Assembly: GCA_003697105.1 (NCBI GenBank)
Contig: RFFQ01000011.1
Coordinates: 1 to 41,675, forward strand
DNA length: 41,675 nt
Direction of reading: 5' to 3'
Origin: Gemmatimonadota bacterium
GTDB lineage: Bacteria > 4572-55 > J002
In this document: in pieces, positions 10,201-17,526 of the stretch
Position numbering within the stretch: the stretch's first letter is position 1
How the letters are laid out: each line of letters begins with the position of its first letter
Program-made: the position numbers and the translations under genes
The notes under the pieces: generated by a model
Databases searched by the model: none
What the model was told of the DNA's origin: nothing
What the model saw: the letters and a program-made list of their open reading frames with translations, nothing else

Positions 10201-11154
10201 TACCTGACCTCGAAACCGGCTACCACCGGTGCGAAGTTTTAGATTACGAATTTTAACCAAGTCATCATTGACATCCACTCGTCCAGTGGCAGATTGAATC
10301 TGAATGGGCAAACCTTCCACCTGCCCGCGCAACCGAAAAATGTCAATATTGCGAATTCCGCCGGGATAGAGTTCAAAACGGATTTCCCCGTCCACGCCGT
10401 GAATACGGTAAATCGGATTAATTACCTCCACAAAATCAAAGGTTCCCTGATGAACAATGATCTGGTTGATATTCAACTTCATATCCTTATCATAGCCATG
10501 CGTACGGGGCTTTTTGGCAAGCGTGAGCAAGAGTTTTTTGTAGGTGCGCATCTGTTCTTCCCCAATACGTGCTTGCACAGCTTGCAGGAAAAAATAGGCA
10601 CTTTCAAACGACTGATTTTCCAAAGGGCGTAATTTTGTGACCAAGGAATCCGGCATTCCCGCGGCGAGGAGTTTCGGGAAAGCCTCCGGCCGCAACCGTT
10701 TGACCCAACCGGGGCGATTTGCCAGCATATAATCTACGGTAAGTTTACCGGTAGAGTCTCTTTCGATCCGGATGTAGGGGTGAAATACTTCGATGGAGTT
10801 AAAGGTGATTCGCTTGGAGGTAGCTAAATTCCAGAGGTCTGCCAGATCAAAACTTTGGTGCGTATATGCTGAGTCCACCGTGATTACATAGCCACTTTCA
10901 AAGGTTTCCCAGCGCGACACTTGAACATCGTAAATCCGTAAGCCAAAAAGGGGGTTTCCTTGGATTTTCCCGATGCGGACTTCTCGATCAAATTGCTTCT
11001 CCAGAACCTCCGTCAGCTCTGCCCGGAGTTCCTCACGGGCAAAATCGGTCTCTAAAATACCGTAAATCCCGAGAGCAATCAATCCGGCGGCAACGATCAA
11101 CGTCATCAGGATGATTAGCATAATTTTATGGCGAAGTTGAAGCCGTATTTTCAT
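7207..11154 (-). CDS. tamB: Translocation/assembly module TamB (AsmA-like) protein
   Basis: N-terminal TM anchor after MKIRLQLRHK, long beta-rich body; C-terminal RGDYTFFGKQFFIDSG...LNPEI...GTVLEPEI...VTVGK...DYIINRWLSLEGE...KFKY resembles the TamB C-terminal domain. Confidence 0.8.
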   Translation of the reverse strand: MKIRLQLRHKIMLIILMTLIVAAGLIALGIYGILETDFAREELRAELTEVLEKQFDREVRIGKIQGNPLFGLRIYDVQVSRWETFESGYVITVDSAYTHQSFDLADLWNLATSKRITFNSIEVFHPYIRIERDSTGKLTVDYMLANRPGWVKRLRPEAFPKLLAAGMPDSLVTKLRPLENQSFESAYFFLQAVQARIGEEQMRTYKKLLLTLAKKPRTHGYDKDMKLNINQIIVHQGTFDFVEVINPIYRIHGVDGEIRFELYPGGIRNIDIFRLRGQVEGLPIQIQSATGRVDVNDDLVKIRNLKLRTGGSRFRGQVVIAREDTYLDINLDAGEVSMAEIVPLFGNPGDITGTLAFDQGTIQGYPSNPHIQATFTLVDTGMLYGYEVEALQTDYELRDRVSYLRHTAGLLEDAAVTGDIIVDANVPDGPGYDFTLHVEHANAQRFFEGNPPDFESDLSGWVRLTGRGIPERWLELEGSVKLDRSRVRKLWATEAQADSIRLEVWNQIEYRVEAPLYRARTLDAEVWASGAIGTDPDACNLRFWGENVAWGQYMDLYGWHGYQGRVAGWGHLRGSILDPAIYGEFVLQAGATPSGQVTWDLAAGRCDIQNLFTFMDGNVSGSVYNLHLPARGVSIDTLTIRAAGNVTYANVPSLIAQGVHWAPFPNVRHQVIARVESHFTETEWTTWVDSLKILSQRPEERLLTIQNHTPLQVCVTYGEQIDLMPFEVGINGGRLSGSGQVFLQTDPALQADFQCSDFRLRQLRRLGRMVTDIPYRIEGDLDFSAHLAGTVAQPEFTIPDFQLSDVIFYLESFDLPIPDTRADTLHLNQVLGKFDYADRTFHIRQFSVQDPSVLLQARGYVPVDLAFLPVRDRFHQERQFEMDIEVINLLPTLFNVLSQEITIKQGYANGSILVGGYVGSPRYDGHIRLYDGAFEYHPFHQRFTNLTADFRFMGDRVILTKLEALWGGGRVRGNGEATLKNWLPDQLNFRARASQVEIHLPEYYLKGKVNVNARLIGTFWEPLVEGTTQVIEGVSYLPFGVVVGKEPYRITEPAESPIVIDMEVDLGQRFWLRNGQANIQLTTDPDIGAIGARLVNGEMFVRGGMMSVRGDYTFFGKQFFIDSGHFRFTNTSDLNPEIEMQGSILVRGRRRENDLTIRFQMTGTVLEPEITLYCDERALTEQDILTLLASNMTWEEFEETFGTDQFFSDEIRITAQGILESLLASEARKATQLDQFDLETRLFSDEDDERSVRVTVGKIFRVGEQDLFVSYSRDLLSSAEQRLKVDYIINRWLSLEGETDEKGEYNADVKLKFKY

Positions 11155-11188
11155 GGAAGGCAAATCAGGGGAAGAAGAACCACCAACA

Positions 11189-11734
11189 TTATGTTGTGTT
11201 AGGCAGGGCAAAAAGTTCGATACTGTTGTTGACAAAAATCCCCATGAATGCGCCGGTCAGGCTACCCCACACTAGACCGTAAAGCGCACTATGTTGCAGG
11301 GAGATCGGTAATAGGTCATTAAAAGGGACGGCATAATAACGGAAGACATGCCATACCAGCAGGACTGCCAAAAGTCCCCCCACAATACCGCCAATAATGC
11401 GGGCAATCAAGGTTAGATCAAATTTGAGTTTTGGACACGAAGAAATACCCATCAGAATACCCAACACCACTGCGCCCAATATCGACTGAAACAAAAATAG
11501 AAACGCACCGGCAATAGCCCCGGTCACACCCCCATAAATCAGTTGCTCTCGGTCTTGGTGAGCGAACCCGTAAGACATCCCCAGCCCAATACCAAACAAA
11601 GCCCCATCAAAGGGATAGCCCCAACTCGCATATAACCGGTGTAGCGTCCAGAGACGGAGCATGGACTCCAACCCGAGACCGGCACCACCGAGAATAAACC
11701 CCCAAAAAACCGGAGATCGCCACAATGATTTCAT
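11189..11734 (-). CDS. Glycine-rich integral membrane protein of unknown function
   Basis: 181 aa, about six hydrophobic segments with many GxxxG motifs; co-oriented with its neighbours. Confidence 0.7.
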   Translation of the reverse strand: MKSLWRSPVFWGFILGGAGLGLESMLRLWTLHRLYASWGYPFDGALFGIGLGMSYGFAHQDREQLIYGGVTGAIAGAFLFLFQSILGAVVLGILMGISSCPKLKFDLTLIARIIGGIVGGLLAVLLVWHVFRYYAVPFNDLLPISLQHSALYGLVWGSLTGAFMGIFVNNSIELFALPNTT

Positions 11735-11751
11735 CGGTCGCCTTTACTGCA

Positions 11752-11781
11752 ATAAAGAATCCACCCCCAGCGGAGATGGAT
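11752..11781 (-). terminator. Probable intrinsic terminator after comEA
   Basis: Minus strand ATCCATCTCC-GCT-GGGGGTGGAT (stem with G-U pairs) followed by TCTTTAT. Confidence 0.45.
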
Positions 11782-11811
11782 AACGTTATGAGACATAACA
11801 AATGTACAAAA

Positions 11812-12768
11812 CTAATCCACGGTAATGTATGACTTTAGCGCTTCAAATTTATGGTCACCAATGCCTTTGACGTTTTTAATCGCTTCCACCGACGGAAAAT
11901 TCCCATGTTCTTGGCGGTACGCAATAATCTTTTGAGCTGTTTTCGGTCCGATACCGGGTAATTTTATGAGCTGTTCGGCGGTCGCGGTATTAATATTGAT
12001 TTTATCATGGTTGTCCGGTGATGCCGCTTCTACCGTTGCCGATTTGACCGGTTCTGGGATGGTATCCACCGGCTGGACGGCAGGCAATGGGGGCAGCGAA
12101 TCACCGGTTGTAATAACCGGTTGAAGCGCTTCAAACGTTTTGGGTCCAATACCGGGGACATTCATGATCTCTTCTGGCGTCCGAAACCCGCCGTGTTCTT
12201 CCCGATACGTGATGATCTGCTCAATACGCCACTTGCCGACACCGGGCAGACGTTCCAATTCCCCGGCGTCCGCCGTGTTAATGTTAATAAGAGGAAGCGT
12301 CTCCGGTGCTCGCTCCGGCTCTTGAGATGGTGGTGAAGACAGTTCCGCGGGCATCTCGCCGACGGTAATCTGATCCCGAAAGCGTTCAAGGGTGCGGGGT
12401 CCAATCCCCGGGACATCTATCAAGTCTTCAATCGATTGAAACTGACCGATTTCGCGTCGATGTTCCAAAATCCGGGTCGCCATACGTTCGCCGATCCCCG
12501 GTAACAAGGTCAAATGCGCCACATCCGCCGTATTGATGTTGATTTTACCCATCGCTACGGTATCGCCGGCGTCCACATTTCTCCCCAGTGAATCCGGCAG
12601 GAGGCGCAAGGAATCCGCCGTTAGCCGGTCAATAGTGGCATTACCCAAATGAAATTCGGGAAATAACTCAGGATTCCGTTTTTTAACCACGATCACGCAG
12701 GAGCCAAGCAAGATAGAAATGGCTAAAAAAAGAATCACTTGGCGTTCGGTGGAGGTAAAATGAAACAT
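11812..12768 (-). CDS. comEA: ComEA family DNA-binding protein with three helix-hairpin-helix domains
   Basis: Start MFHFTSTERQ then a TM helix; three copies of ININTA...L..LPG(I/V)G...I..R...G.F...(I/L)..V.GIG. Confidence 0.88.
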   Translation of the reverse strand: MFHFTSTERQVILFLAISILLGSCVIVVKKRNPELFPEFHLGNATIDRLTADSLRLLPDSLGRNVDAGDTVAMGKININTADVAHLTLLPGIGERMATRILEHRREIGQFQSIEDLIDVPGIGPRTLERFRDQITVGEMPAELSSPPSQEPERAPETLPLININTADAGELERLPGVGKWRIEQIITYREEHGGFRTPEEIMNVPGIGPKTFEALQPVITTGDSLPPLPAVQPVDTIPEPVKSATVEAASPDNHDKININTATAEQLIKLPGIGPKTAQKIIAYRQEHGNFPSVEAIKNVKGIGDHKFEALKSYITVD

Positions 12769-12799
12769 GAGCTTTTCAGCAAAGCCGGTATGCCCCGAA

Positions 12800-13468
12800 T
12801 TACACAAGCGAACGGTTGGCATACCACAGGGAGTAATCTTTTAGATATTGGTTGTTCATGGAAAATTCATCAACCGCCACAAACTCGTGTAAGGGATAAT
12901 CATAGCGTTTTTTACCCTGTTTGACCTTGACCATCACTCCTTTTGTTTCGGATAGCCCCGAAACACGCAACACGGTTACAATATCACCCGGTTTTAAGCG
13001 GCTGGTATCATGGTGTTCAAAGGGTTGGGCATCGAATGGCAGTTCCAAATTTTCGCTCAAAAAGGTTTCCCAAGCAGCGAGCGCTTGGGTTTCGTCAGTG
13101 GGGTCTTCTGCCTGTGCCAAAACCTCTAAAATCCGGTCTACCGCGCCCCCCATATGGCGCCATCGAAACTTGAGTTCAATCTGCTGCAACATCCGTTCGG
13201 CGTCTTCGGGGGTATCCCGCGCTTCAGCGGGTTCAACTTCCTCTGGTTCCAAGCACATCTGTGTCCATTCCAGATCCGCACGTTCACATTGTTCGATGAT
13301 CTCCATCGGGATATTTGCTAAGGTTTCACTATCCCAATCCACGTAGATCAACTCTTCATCTTCGACAATCTCCACCACACGTCCTTGCCAACCGCTAATG
13401 TCAAATCCCAAATCTGGGTCTTTTACCCCTTCCTTGACAACAACGGAATCGCCTACGTTGTACTCCAT
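12800..13468 (-). CDS. Acidic protein with N-terminal SH3/KOW-like domain and C-terminal CcbP-like (calcium-binding) domain
   Basis: GDSVVVKEG...GWQGRV...VDWDS N-terminus; C-terminal LELPFDA...GVMVKV..G...YDYPL.E...N.Q.LKDY..W.AN pattern; RBS GAGG/GAAGG. Confidence 0.65.
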   Translation of the reverse strand: MEYNVGDSVVVKEGVKDPDLGFDISGWQGRVVEIVEDEELIYVDWDSETLANIPMEIIEQCERADLEWTQMCLEPEEVEPAEARDTPEDAERMLQQIELKFRWRHMGGAVDRILEVLAQAEDPTDETQALAAWETFLSENLELPFDAQPFEHHDTSRLKPGDIVTVLRVSGLSETKGVMVKVKQGKKRYDYPLHEFVAVDEFSMNNQYLKDYSLWYANRSLV

Positions 13469-13577
13469 CCTTCAATCCTCACGGTTTGGAAATTAAAAAT
13501 TGAAAATTATAAATGAATAAATACCGTATAATACACGCGTTTTTCCGGTATAAACTACACAGGTTAAACCCTTAAAG

Positions 13578-15422
13578 CTATTTTGCCCGGGAATCGACTT
13601 GGATTTGCAAAAATTGGCAACCCTGCACCCGATATGAGGTGGGGCGCACCTGTTTGGCAACTCGCGTTGCCAGATTGACGCCACCTTCACCGGTCTGGCG
13701 GGTACCGGAGAGTACGGCTATCATCGAGGGCGGAATTGCCGGTAGTTCTTGACCCCGAACCGTTGCCCCCAACTCTAAACGAAACACCTCAAAAATAACC
13801 GCATTACTCTGGTCTTTCATCTGGATGAGTTCGATCAACTGCTCCAGATTGTGAGGTTGCAGGCGCATCGGGGCACGCTGGAGTTCGATCTCTTGCCCGG
13901 ATTGGGCATCACACGCGGTGACCACCAAAACCCCATCTTCCATATCCGCCGGAATAGCCATCTCAAACGTTTCCATAAACTCATCCCCACGGTAGGGGCG
14001 CAAAAATGCGGTGATTTCGACAGAACTGCCCGGCCGGACTCGATTGCGGTTCACCCGAATCCCGGTGATTTCGGCCTGTTGGGGTTCTGGGCGGTAGTTC
14101 ACGGCTACGGTCACCTGTTCAACATTCACCGGTTCAAAGGTATTGGTAAGTAAGGTATTGATAGGCATAGCGGCGCTCATTCCCGCGCTAAAACCCAGTC
14201 CGGTTTCTCCAGCAAAAGTATCTTCAATGACAATATCGGCATAGCCTTCCATCGCCACGGTGACCTTCATGTCTGCCATGTATTTACCGTTGCTAAGGGA
14301 GGTTTCGACAGCGCTCATCACCGTAAAAAACAGGAAAAGGGGGGTAAGTGCCTTCGAGCGCACGATTTCGCAAGAATAGGCACGATGAAAATCCGTTTGA
14401 TCGTTGGTAATCTGGATATCCAGTGGCAACATCTCTGGAATTTCCCCGATATTTCCTGCGATTCCCGTTTGCCGGTCTTGCGTCATCGTTCCAACCACAT
14501 CGCCAGCGATTGCCATTTTCCATGAACTCATCAGATTGGGCATCGGGGTGATAAGATACGCATTTGTGAGCGGAAAGAGACAATTTCCGGTGAGAAACAT
14601 GGGATGCCCGAATCCGGCGATTCGGTCACCATCCCGGAAGGTAACGGTGCCAGTGGCAGAGAGATTAAAATCCCCCCGCACAAATTGCACCCCCACGGCC
14701 GATCCGGCTTCCAGATCGATGCCGGACGTATCATAATAGCGGGAACTCCCCCCACTCCCCTGCATGGGAATAAAACTGGTATGCTGGAAGACCTCTTGAA
14801 AAAGCGCCATTGCCTGCGGGGAAAACCCTTCTGCAATAAGGGGCGCTTGCAAAGGACGCATGGTCTGCCCCTCTAAGCCGGCAAGGGCAGGAAAGTGTTG
14901 TGCATCCACCGCCGAGACCGGAAACTCCGGTAACACTTGTGACGCTTGAAATGATTTTTGGGCAATATCCTCAAAACTCGGTAATAGCGGCGAAGGCTCA
15001 TCCACTGCTAAATCGGGTTTTTCAATCACTTCAATGAGGTCGCTCGCCGGGGTAATCCCAAAAATGGGGTCTTTCATAAAGCCCCAGCCGTATGCGAGGG
15101 CACCCACCAGCTTGCCATCAATGTAAATGGGGCTTCCGCTCATCCCACCCATAATGCCGTTGTGCTCCAGAAAATCACCAATAGCACGGGCGACAATGAC
15201 ATCCTTTTGGGGATAAAAACTATTGCGCAATACCCCTAAAATTTCGACTTCAAACGTGTCAATTTCTGCACCATAAAATACGCTTTTGCCCGTGGCGATC
15301 ATGCCCGGTTTTAGCTGTTCCACCGGCATAATGCTGGCGGTGGTTAGCGCGTTCACGGCGGAAACGTACCCACTTAACAGTATCAATACACTGAAAAAAA
15401 CGCTGACATAGAATTTTCGCAT
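13578..15422 (-). CDS. SpoIVB-like peptidase S55 domain protein, secreted
   Basis: Signal peptide; GIMGGMSGSPIYIDGKLVGA (Ser motif) and GTVT...GFGHPM (His motif). Confidence 0.88.
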   Translation of the reverse strand: MRKFYVSVFFSVLILLSGYVSAVNALTTASIMPVEQLKPGMIATGKSVFYGAEIDTFEVEILGVLRNSFYPQKDVIVARAIGDFLEHNGIMGGMSGSPIYIDGKLVGALAYGWGFMKDPIFGITPASDLIEVIEKPDLAVDEPSPLLPSFEDIAQKSFQASQVLPEFPVSAVDAQHFPALAGLEGQTMRPLQAPLIAEGFSPQAMALFQEVFQHTSFIPMQGSGGSSRYYDTSGIDLEAGSAVGVQFVRGDFNLSATGTVTFRDGDRIAGFGHPMFLTGNCLFPLTNAYLITPMPNLMSSWKMAIAGDVVGTMTQDRQTGIAGNIGEIPEMLPLDIQITNDQTDFHRAYSCEIVRSKALTPLFLFFTVMSAVETSLSNGKYMADMKVTVAMEGYADIVIEDTFAGETGLGFSAGMSAAMPINTLLTNTFEPVNVEQVTVAVNYRPEPQQAEITGIRVNRNRVRPGSSVEITAFLRPYRGDEFMETFEMAIPADMEDGVLVVTACDAQSGQEIELQRAPMRLQPHNLEQLIELIQMKDQSNAVIFEVFRLELGATVRGQELPAIPPSMIAVLSGTRQTGEGGVNLATRVAKQVRPTSYRVQGCQFLQIQVDSRAK

Positions 15423-15478
15423 GAAAGACCTTACAACATCCCATTGGGTGAATTTGAATGATAAAACAACGCCGCCTG

Positions 15479-15507
15479 AATATAGTGGTGAAGCCCAACG
15501 CTGTCAA
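15479..15507 (-). promoter_or_regulatory. Sigma70-type promoter for the S55 peptidase gene
   Basis: TTGACA - 17 nt - TATATT on the minus strand, about 57 nt upstream of the ATG. Confidence 0.7.
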
Positions 15508-15564
15508 CACCTTAAAACAGGGACTGGATTCCACATGGTTGCCCGGATTAAAGAATGGGTACGG

Positions 15565-17526
15565 CTACCAATTCGGGTATAAGGGTAGTGCAGTCCGGTA
15601 GAATCTACCACCACTTGTGACCAACATCCGGTCATCGGCAAGCATCACTGCCGCTAGGATGTCGCGCCCCGCCGGTAATCCCTGAGTGTACGGAATCCAC
15701 GTATCACCGTTATGGTAAGCCGCAAACACTCCGTCGCCGATGACGGCAAACAGGTCTCCGCGCGAATTGGAGAGATAGCGCGAAATCGGACCCAAATTAT
15801 AGCGCAAATCCACCCAAGATACCCCATAATCGGTGGAACGGTATAGCGTGTTCGCCCACAGGTAGAGGTACTCCTGGGCATCCACCCCCAACGGCCGGAC
15901 GAACCCGCCGTAACGCGGTGGGGGGATGTTCATTTGTACCCAATCTGCACCGTTTGTTGCTTTCCAGAGGTCTTTACGGGTCAGAACAAACACCTGCTGA
16001 TCCGATAATACCCGCACATCTTCGATCGTTCCCGATTGGCCTCCAAAATCATGTTGAACGCCCCACGTTCGCCCCCGATCCGTGGAAACGAGCAACGCTT
16101 CTTGATAGCTGGCGTACATTTTCCCATCGGCGGTAAAACGCAGATTATGAAAATAGGGAAATGGGGATTCATGGATTTTTTCCCAGCGCCGCCCGTTGTC
16201 ATGGGAAAGATGAAGTTGCGTGTATTTGCTGTATCCGGCATCAACCTCTGTTACGCCGTACAAATCGCCTTCTGGACTGAGAAATATATTGGCAAATGTT
16301 GTTGCCGCTGTAGGGATCAACGTCCAGTGATCCCCCTCATCGGAGGAGCGGTAAATTTCCGTTTGCCCCAGTGCAATCAAATCTCCAGAGCGGGTTTGTA
16401 CAATCTTCCAAATCGAGTCGCCCATCATGCCCACCTTGCGGAATTGCGGGTTAGGTGTGGTATAATCCGGTACGTAAAATAGATTTCCGGGCACTGCCAG
16501 ATACAGATCATCATTTATCCCAAACGCCAGATGCACGTCGCCGGTACGGTATGGATCGGTGTGCGTCACGGTATAATAAACAGACCACGTTTGCCCCCCA
16601 TCTGGGGAGTAAAATATATCCTTTGAAGCCCCATCCTGCAGGAACAGTTCGTCCGAACGTGGACGAACCCACATTTGACTTGGGATTCCATCTCCGGGCA
16701 AGGTGACCGACGCCCACCCTCTCTCTGGATGCCAGCGAACAAACTCGGTAGAATCCGTATCGGGATACATCACCGCATAGAGTTGATCGGAAGCACCCAC
16801 CGCTTTTAACGAAACCGGCTGCTGTGTGATTTCATCCCAATGTTGACCCTGATCTCTGGAAATTAAAAGATGGTGGCTTATCCCCGAAGTTGAATCCGAT
16901 GTAGTATAGCTCAGATACAGGATATGATTGGGACTAATCCGCAGGTCGTTGATGGTGATTTGTTGGGATGTGGTGCTTGTGAACCGCTGGGGTGACCAAG
17001 TGTAACCGTTATCCGTGGAACGATAAAGCGCCTCGATTATGCGAGTCCCTTGCCGTTGGGGAAAATGGAGATATACAACCCCATCCGGAGCCATATGCAG
17101 TTGAATGTCATCATATCTCATATCATAAAATGTGTCGATGTTTACCGGAATGGAAAGATACCGGTTCTGCCATGTTTGCCCCTGATCGGTGGAGATAACC
17201 CACCGAAAAGCCGCGTTGGGGGACGCTGGCGGCTCGATCCATACCAAATTATCCGTAGCATCCACTTGCCAATGGTGCACCTGTCCGCGGTCTTCCCACC
17301 GGTTGCCACCATCGGCGCTCCAAAACAGGTGGGAACCGGTACCCCGCACGACCAGATGCCCATCCGATAACACGTTTAACTGTTCGATATTCCCGCCATA
17401 GATGAGACCGGCCGGTTGCCACAACTGATCCGGGACAACCGTCAGCGGGTGCGGGTCGCCTTCGCAGCCACTGAGTAGGGGTAATATTGCCAGAAATCCG
17501 AGCCAGTAAAGGTCTTTAAAATTCAT
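15565..17526 (-). CDS. Lipoprotein with BNR/Asp-box beta-propeller repeats (VPS10/sialidase/Ycf48-like)
   Basis: Lipobox LSGC; about ten S.D.G..W boxes (SADGGNRW, STDQGQTW, STDNGYTW, SRDQGQHW, SPDGGQTW, SSDEGDHW, SHDNGRRW, STDRGRTW, STDYGVSW). Confidence 0.82.
   Translation of the reverse strand: MNFKDLYWLGFLAILPLLSGCEGDPHPLTVVPDQLWQPAGLIYGGNIEQLNVLSDGHLVVRGTGSHLFWSADGGNRWEDRGQVHHWQVDATDNLVWIEPPASPNAAFRWVISTDQGQTWQNRYLSIPVNIDTFYDMRYDDIQLHMAPDGVVYLHFPQRQGTRIIEALYRSTDNGYTWSPQRFTSTTSQQITINDLRISPNHILYLSYTTSDSTSGISHHLLISRDQGQHWDEITQQPVSLKAVGASDQLYAVMYPDTDSTEFVRWHPERGWASVTLPGDGIPSQMWVRPRSDELFLQDGASKDIFYSPDGGQTWSVYYTVTHTDPYRTGDVHLAFGINDDLYLAVPGNLFYVPDYTTPNPQFRKVGMMGDSIWKIVQTRSGDLIALGQTEIYRSSDEGDHWTLIPTAATTFANIFLSPEGDLYGVTEVDAGYSKYTQLHLSHDNGRRWEKIHESPFPYFHNLRFTADGKMYASYQEALLVSTDRGRTWGVQHDFGGQSGTIEDVRVLSDQQVFVLTRKDLWKATNGADWVQMNIPPPRYGGFVRPLGVDAQEYLYLWANTLYRSTDYGVSWVDLRYNLGPISRYLSNSRGDLFAVIGDGVFAAYHNGDTWIPYTQGLPAGRDILAAVMLADDRMLVTSGGRFYRTALPLYPNW

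Noticed and set aside
11607-11801. 64-aa hydrophobic ORF
   Set aside because: Overlaps the 181-aa gene out of frame and spans the terminator-like hairpin.
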